Shown here: positions 53,499 to 58,366 of the stretch, in pieces
How the letters are laid out: each line of letters opens with the position of its first letter
How positions within the stretch are numbered: position 1 is the first letter of the stretch
Source of the DNA: a virus
Length of the DNA: 58,366 nt
UHGV virus genome: UHGV-1376262
Direction: 5' to 3' (one strand)
Notes under the pieces: model-generated
The model's database searches: none
What the model was told of the DNA's origin: nothing
Seen by the model: the letters and a program-made list of their open reading frames with translations, nothing else
Translations under genes and position numbers: made by a program

Positions 53499-54311
53499 TT
53501 ACTTGCCTTCTTTAACGACTGTGTTAGCTCCATTAGTAGTAACCCAACCGTGTTTTAATCGAGCTTGTGCTTCTGTGTATTTGATAAGCTCATCGGTAAC
53601 AGATTCTGAAACTTTCTTGTTAGAATTAGCTTCTGCTTCCGCCGCTTTTGTTTTCTTATAAGCCTCACTGTCAGCTTGTGTTTTAGCTGTTTCAGCGTCT
53701 AGCTTAGCTTTTTCGTTTTCTTGACCAGCACGGATAATAGCGTCAATTGATTTTTGAGTTTCTCCATCAACTTCTGGAACGCCCACCGTAACGTCTTCTA
53801 CTTCAAAGCCTTTAGCAGCTACAGCTTTGGAAAAATTGTTTAGTAAAGCTGCTTCAACATTTGTGGATTCACCTGAAAGAATATTTAAAAGGCTTTGCTT
53901 AGAATAAACTTCACGAGCTTCTTTTTGAAGCTTAGATTTTAACCAACCTTTTTCAATGTCTTCGCTAGTGATGTTACCAAATTCTTTGTACATTTTTGAA
54001 GCTTTAGTAGCGTCTACTTTATAATCATATTTAATGTCTACAGTAGTCTTTTTACCGTCGCTTGTAGAAACAGAAACATTTTTTGCAGTAACTGTTTGAA
54101 GGCGAATAGGGTATTGAGTAACCTTATCTAATCCAACAAACTTAACACCTTGTGTAAGGACTTCGTCACGAACGCCTCCATTCATGGAGTATCGAACACC
54201 TACATAACCGTTATCGATCTTCTCCAAAACTTTAAAAGCTGTTACAGTTCCTACTAATCCTAATACTAAAGCACCTACGCCAAAAGCAATTAATTTATTT
54301 TCGTTCTTCAT
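53499..54311 (-). CDS. SPFH/band-7 (prohibitin/HflC-like) membrane protein.
   Basis: An N-terminal transmembrane helix, an SPFH core (YVGVRYSMNGGVRDEVLTQGVKFVGLDKV...) and a C-terminal Ala/Glu/Lys-rich coiled coil. Confidence 0.6.
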   Translation of the reverse strand: MKNENKLIAFGVGALVLGLVGTVTAFKVLEKIDNGYVGVRYSMNGGVRDEVLTQGVKFVGLDKVTQYPIRLQTVTAKNVSVSTSDGKKTTVDIKYDYKVDATKASKMYKEFGNITSEDIEKGWLKSKLQKEAREVYSKQSLLNILSGESTNVEAALLNNFSKAVAAKGFEVEDVTVGVPEVDGETQKSIDAIIRAGQENEKAKLDAETAKTQADSEAYKKTKAAEAEANSNKKVSESVTDELIKYTEAQARLKHGWVTTNGANTVVKEGK

Positions 54312-54585
54312 TAGAGTCCTCCCAAAGGTTTAAAATTCGTTTTACAAAGTTTTCAGTAGTAGCTAACTCAATAGCTGTTAAATGCCCTATGAGTTGTTGA
54401 TAATAGTCGTCAAAATCTTGTAAGGATTTTATACGAGTTAGTTCAGAAGCTTCCATATCTTCTTCTGATAAAGGCTCATCATAAATGTATATCCCATTAA
54501 AATATCCTGTCCAGTGGATTGGAACACGTTTTAATGAGCCTTTTCTTTGAGTGTAAGCATAAGCTTTATCCATGGCTTCCTCCAT
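54295..54585 (-). CDS. Hypothetical protein.
   Basis: ORF track. Confidence 0.45.
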   Translation of the reverse strand: MEEAMDKAYAYTQRKGSLKRVPIHWTGYFNGIYIYDEPLSEEDMEASELTRIKSLQDFDDYYQQLIGHLTAIELATTENFVKRILNLWEDSNEERK

Positions 54586-54588
54586 TCG

Positions 54589-55113
54589 CTATTTACAAGG
54601 AACAATAGCTTTTTCGATAGCTTCATCAAAATCTTTTTCTGAAACATTTTTCAATTTAGCAAAGTCAATGGTTTCATTAAAAGCAATATTTACTTCAATT
54701 AAACCTAGATTTTCATAAGCTTTAAAAGAGTCATCATGAGGTTTTTCGATAAAACGCCATCTACCAGAATAGCTTTTAAGGCTTTCTAATTCACGATCAT
54801 TGTAACTATTAAAGTCAACTATACTATAATCAGAGATAGTGTCTTTTAAAAGCATTAAATCACCCTTAGAAGATTCAACAAAATAAACTTTTAATGATCG
54901 TTTAGAAAGTTTAGCCTCAGCCTCTTCAATAATGTCTTTCAAAAGTTTTAAGTCCTCTAAGCTTACAGGAATGTCGTAAATGCTTCCTCCATTACCTCCA
55001 CTATAATCATTTACTACGTGGTGTAGAGTAATTTTATTACTTTCGGTATGTTGAGAGATTCTAAAATCATCTCCAGAATAGTTTGATCGAAACTCTGAAA
55101 TATATCCCCACAT
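54589..55113 (-). CDS. Hypothetical protein.
   Basis: ORF track. Confidence 0.45.
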   Translation of the reverse strand: MWGYISEFRSNYSGDDFRISQHTESNKITLHHVVNDYSGGNGGSIYDIPVSLEDLKLLKDIIEEAEAKLSKRSLKVYFVESSKGDLMLLKDTISDYSIVDFNSYNDRELESLKSYSGRWRFIEKPHDDSFKAYENLGLIEVNIAFNETIDFAKLKNVSEKDFDEAIEKAIVPCK

Positions 55114-55115
55114 AA

Positions 55116-55442
55116 TTATAAGTCCTCACTTTTCACAAATACGCCATCAACCATTTTTCCAGTACGTCCTTGAATTACTCCATAAGCACTGAATAAGGCG
55201 TCTCCAAGGTTTACTCCAAGCTGTTGAGAAAGAATAATTAAGGTTACTAAAGTGTCCCCTAAACCATCTACAATCTCTGGTCGGTCGTTACGAGCCATTG
55301 CAGCTGCTACTTCTCCAACCTCTTCAATAACCTTTAAAAATTGTTTCTCTGGAGCTGCTTTGTCAAGACCCTTATCCTTAGACCATTGCTCAACTCTTTC
55401 AAATAAGGTTCCTAAACTGTCAGTCTTTACTAATTCTTCCAT
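55116..55442 (-). CDS. MazG-like nucleoside triphosphate pyrophosphohydrolase.
   Basis: Contains EEVGEVAAA...DGLGDTLVTLIIL, the MazG EExxE/D motif pair. Confidence 0.65.
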   Translation of the reverse strand: MEELVKTDSLGTLFERVEQWSKDKGLDKAAPEKQFLKVIEEVGEVAAAMARNDRPEIVDGLGDTLVTLIILSQQLGVNLGDALFSAYGVIQGRTGKMVDGVFVKSEDL

Positions 55443-55459
55443 GAAAAATGCCTCCTAAG

Positions 55460-55500
55460 TTTAATGTAAGCTTATTGTACCACTTTATTAATTGCTTGTC
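55460..55500 (-). promoter_or_regulatory. Sigma-A promoter: TTGACA, 17 nt spacer, TACAAT.
   Basis: Reverse complement reads gtgTTGACAagcaattaataaagtggTACAAT. It sits inside the 3' end of the ligase gene. Confidence 0.5.
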
Positions 55501-56450
55501 AACACATCTTGGTAACTTTCTTGGATTAATTCTTTAATATATTTTGCAATCTCTCCTGAGAAAGACTTTGTTAGTCCAATAAGTTCTTTTTCAGAGAATG
55601 TTGATCCAGTTTCTTTAATAAATTCGTTAGCAGCGTCTTTCTTAACTTCTAACATAATCTTTCCAATGCTTTTCTCAGTAAGTTCATAGTCGCCATGAGA
55701 ACATACGTTAGAGACACGCTGTTTAGTAATATATTTACTTAACTCGTTTAAAGTATTTATCTGCTCTGTAGTTAATTCTGGAGCTTTCTTACGAGGTTTA
55801 GAAGGCTTGTCTTTAACTTCTAAATACTTTTCAGTCTTATACTTGACTCCAAGAAAGTCTTGAGTAGTCTTCATTAGATAGCCTGCTAAAGGTTTTAGAA
55901 CAATCCCTTCTGAATATCCACCAAGGGCTGACTCTTCGCTTGGAGAAGTTTCTAGGGACTCTTTAAGGGTCTTTCCTAAAGTGTTGTAAGGAACAATCGA
56001 ATCGTTGTCGAATACATTTTTCCAAACGTTTATCCCACAAACTACTAATTCTCCATTTTTAAATTTAATGATTACATCAAACACTCTAAAGGCTTTTTTG
56101 CCTTCTTTAATAATATCATAATCCATGTGCTGAACGCCTTTTCCAAAGAACTCTCCAAATACATAGATAGTATCGGCGTCAGGATAGTAGTCAAAAAGCT
56201 TTTTAGCTCCTTGGCGAATGTCTGGAGTAATGCAGTCTGGAAGAGTTGAAAATTGCTTATCATCATCAGCAATAATGCCGCTACGTTTTGCAAAATACTC
56301 TTCTCCATCAGCTGATAAAGCATAAGAAGCATTTGCTCCATGGATTTTCTCAGAAGCATACCATAACATGTTATCATATCTATTTACAAGGCGCTGAGAC
56401 TTTCCGATGGCGTAATGGTTGACTAGTGAAGGATACTTTAAAAATTCCAT
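55488..56450 (-). CDS. Rnl2-family RNA ligase (T4 gp24.1-like).
   Basis: Motif I EKIHGAN with a catalytic Lys. FGEFFGKGVQ parallels T4 Rnl2 FGEFAGPGIQ. GIVLKP parallels GYVLKP. N-terminal KYPSLVNHY parallels KYSSLENHY. Confidence 0.75.
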   Translation of the reverse strand: MEFLKYPSLVNHYAIGKSQRLVNRYDNMLWYASEKIHGANASYALSADGEEYFAKRSGIIADDDKQFSTLPDCITPDIRQGAKKLFDYYPDADTIYVFGEFFGKGVQHMDYDIIKEGKKAFRVFDVIIKFKNGELVVCGINVWKNVFDNDSIVPYNTLGKTLKESLETSPSEESALGGYSEGIVLKPLAGYLMKTTQDFLGVKYKTEKYLEVKDKPSKPRKKAPELTTEQINTLNELSKYITKQRVSNVCSHGDYELTEKSIGKIMLEVKKDAANEFIKETGSTFSEKELIGLTKSFSGEIAKYIKELIQESYQDVLTSN

Positions 56451-56451
56451 T

Positions 56452-57021
56452 CTATTTGCCTCCTAATTCTGCTTTTAGTTCTAGAAGAGTCGTGAAATGT
56501 TTAATAGTTAAAATCCCTTCTAACTCTTCTTGATTGTTATAAGCAAAGCTTACTACGTTTTCTAGTAAGTCGATAAGCTCTTCTTTAGGGCTTTTACATG
56601 CCTCTAAAACTCTTACTTGATCGTAATACATAGGATACTCTGGGTTTCCATGATGGTTAATATAAAAGTATTCACAAGTTTTTCGTGAAACCTCTACAGT
56701 ATCTCCTAATTTAAGCCCTACTGCCTTGTCCATACCTGTTAATCGAATAACTTCTACATAAGTTTTCACAGAGCTTTCCCCCTTAGATTCTTTGCCGATT
56801 TCTAAAATGTCCTTAATCCATTTTGGAATCTCTTCCTTTACTGGTTCTACTTCCTTTTCCCAATAACCCCAAAGTCGGTCAAAACAACCACTTACACCTG
56901 TTCTAATAAATAAGAGATTACAACCTACTTTCTCTACAACATACTCATTTCCTACACTAGGGTCGTCAATATATGTTGTGCTAACTACTCTTACTTTGTC
57001 GCCTACTTTATAACCCATCAA
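56452..57021 (-). CDS. Hypothetical protein.
   Basis: ORF track. Confidence 0.45.
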   Translation of the reverse strand: MMGYKVGDKVRVVSTTYIDDPSVGNEYVVEKVGCNLLFIRTGVSGCFDRLWGYWEKEVEPVKEEIPKWIKDILEIGKESKGESSVKTYVEVIRLTGMDKAVGLKLGDTVEVSRKTCEYFYINHHGNPEYPMYYDQVRVLEACKSPKEELIDLLENVVSFAYNNQEELEGILTIKHFTTLLELKAELGGK

Positions 57022-57030
57022 AAATTCCTC

Positions 57031-57501
57031 CTATATCGTTTCTATGAACGTTTCTTCTACTTCTCCATCAACTATTGAAGCTACTTTCCAAGCGGTTTCC
57101 TCATCATCGAATAACCCAACTCCTAAAGCTTTCAATTCCCTTAAGTAAGAGATTGTTTCAAAGTTTACTGGATTGTCTGTTGCCGAACTGAACCTTAAAA
57201 AATACTTGTCTTTAACTTTTACAACAAACTTTTGCTGCTTCTCTGGTTGAAAAGGTTTATCAAAGGAGTTCTCAAGCATATCTTTAAACACTCGGTCAGT
57301 CTCTTCCATGATCGTTGGAATATCTACTCCAAGCTTTTCAGAGAAGCTATAAAGTTTTCTAATAGAGATACTTAAAGTACCGTCCGTAAAAGCTCTTGTA
57401 GTGTTTCCGTGAACGATTTCAGACTTTGTTAGCCCTGCCTCCGCTCTAAATCTGTTAATGGCTGTCCATAATGCTTTTAAATATACTTCACTGTTATCCA
57501 T
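57031..57501 (-). CDS. Hypothetical protein. Start refined to MDNSEVYL.
   Basis: ORF track 57031..57567. RBS GGAAAGGG before the ATG at 57501. Confidence 0.4.
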   Translation of the reverse strand: MDNSEVYLKALWTAINRFRAEAGLTKSEIVHGNTTRAFTDGTLSISIRKLYSFSEKLGVDIPTIMEETDRVFKDMLENSFDKPFQPEKQQKFVVKVKDKYFLRFSSATDNPVNFETISYLRELKALGVGLFDDEETAWKVASIVDGEVEETFIETI

Positions 57502-57502
57502 T

Positions 57503-57679
57503 CTAAACCCTTTCCAGAATCCTCCAAGCTGTGTAGATAAGCCAAGCGGTAACGATAATACCGCCAAGCTTTCCTAAATACGTTAGAGAAATTCCAATAA
57601 TTAATATTCCTGTTACGCTTATTATAAGTGCTATTACAATCATTGTCAATAGCCAGATAAGATATTTTACAAAGTCCAT
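57503..57679 (-). CDS. 58-aa two-transmembrane membrane mini-protein (MDFVKYLIWLLTMIVIALIISVTG...).
   Basis: Its stop overlaps the downstream start (TAGAATG). Below the ORF-track cutoff. Confidence 0.4.
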   Translation of the reverse strand: MDFVKYLIWLLTMIVIALIISVTGILIIGISLTYLGKLGGIIVTAWLIYTAWRILERV

Positions 57680-57889
57680 TTAATTAACCCTCAAAATATC
57701 CGACTTGTTGGAATCTTCTTCATCAAACTTATTCCAAGAAAGCACAATGAAGTTTTTCTCAAAGTCTCCAGTCTTCTGTCTAACAGCTGTTTCGCAGATT
57801 TCAAGAGACTCTGAAGTAAAGTTTTCTTGCTCTATTACAAGGCTTCCAAATAAGTCTCCTAAGAGGTATGCCACGTGATATTTACTCAT
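57680..57889 (-). CDS. Hypothetical protein.
   Basis: ORF track. Confidence 0.45.
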   Translation of the reverse strand: MSKYHVAYLLGDLFGSLVIEQENFTSESLEICETAVRQKTGDFEKNFIVLSWNKFDEEDSNKSDILRVN

Positions 57890-58104
57890 AAATAGAAACC
57901 CCCCTCAAATACTTCTTCTAAATCCTCTTTGTAAAGTAGTTGAGTTACCTCTAAGCTTTGGTATTCGCTGTTAGAAGATATTTTATATGTTCCTTTAACC
58001 TCATAAATTCCTTTAGGTTTTTCCTCTATTAACTCCACTATCTGACCTACTACAAAACCGTGGAAATAACTAGTTTCTTTAGCTACTTTAAAAAATCTAC
58101 TCAT
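57886..58104 (-). CDS. Hypothetical protein.
   Basis: ORF track. Confidence 0.45.
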   Translation of the reverse strand: MSRFFKVAKETSYFHGFVVGQIVELIEEKPKGIYEVKGTYKISSNSEYQSLEVTQLLYKEDLEEVFEGGFYL

Positions 58105-58345
58105 CTTCTTCTCCTTCCATAAGGTTCTCTAAGTCTTTTAGAATACCTTCCATGTTATTATTAAGCTGTTCAGCAGCTGTTTTAAGTGCTGAAAACTCTT
58201 CGTACTGCTCTTTCAGAGGTCTTCGGTTGAGAGTTACCGACATTCTTTCAGAAAGATTTGCTAAGTCCTCATAGATAGGTGCCAAGGCTTTAGCGGAGTT
58301 TCTAATCTCATCAAAGAACATTTTCTCAGACTGTTCCTGAATCAT
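58097..58345 (-). CDS. Hypothetical coiled-coil protein.
   Basis: ORF track. Confidence 0.45.
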   Translation of the reverse strand: MIQEQSEKMFFDEIRNSAKALAPIYEDLANLSERMSVTLNRRPLKEQYEEFSALKTAAEQLNNNMEGILKDLENLMEGEEDE

Positions 58346-58366
58346 TAGAGCAACCTTTGGATTAAG

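Overview
This window reads as most of a virulent-type siphovirus genome from a low-GC Firmicutes (Bacillus-like) host. No integrase or repressor is visible, and roughly 21 near-consensus sigma-A promoters (TTGACA-17-TATAAT) were recognised.

Layout:
- 1..16283 (minus strand): early/replication module. It encodes a family-A DNA polymerase, two or three sigma-like factors, a dNMP kinase, a RuvC-like resolvase, a PD-(D/E)XK exonuclease, an HNH endonuclease, a DnaB-like helicase, a DnaC-like loader and a toprim primase.
- 16284..17787: a 1.5 kb protein-poor island transcribed leftward from a strong early promoter. It holds tRNA-Arg(TCT), tRNA-Ser(TGA), tRNA-Trp(CCA), a 37-aa basic mini-ORF and further stem-loops I could not resolve.
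- 17788..19665 (minus strand): four genes, the last an SSB-like protein with an acidic tail.
- 20159..20780 (plus strand): a small two-gene unit including a NUMOD1-like protein.
- 20830..42008 (minus strand): the late operon. In transcription order it runs TerS, an XhlA/XhlB-like holin pair, TerL, portal, a gp7-like minor head protein, scaffold, capsid, an Ig-like decoration protein, connector proteins, major tail protein, frameshifted tail chaperones, tape measure, a Dit-like giant protein, a Tal-like protein and a CHAP endolysin.
- 42284..47067 (plus strand): two accessory islands of small genes, including tandem paralogs, an NrdH-like redoxin, a zinc ribbon protein, and iteron-like repeats ahead of the second island.
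- 47068..48175: a convergent gap carrying GC-rich tandem repeats and an A+C-only tract.
- 48176..52650 (minus strand): a host-takeover-like battery of about 14 tiny genes, each behind its own near-identical promoter, several of them highly acidic.
- 52700..53340: an odd G9 plus GTA-microsatellite and phased A/T-tract repeat region.
- 53345..58345 (minus strand): an SPFH/band-7 protein with a small membrane partner, a MazG-like protein, a T4 Rnl2-type RNA ligase and unknowns.

The most interesting items are the tRNA/structured-RNA island, the Rnl2+MazG+tRNA RNA-repair set, the holin pair inside the packaging module, terminator-promoter fusion hairpins, and the repeat-rich non-coding regions flanking the early battery.
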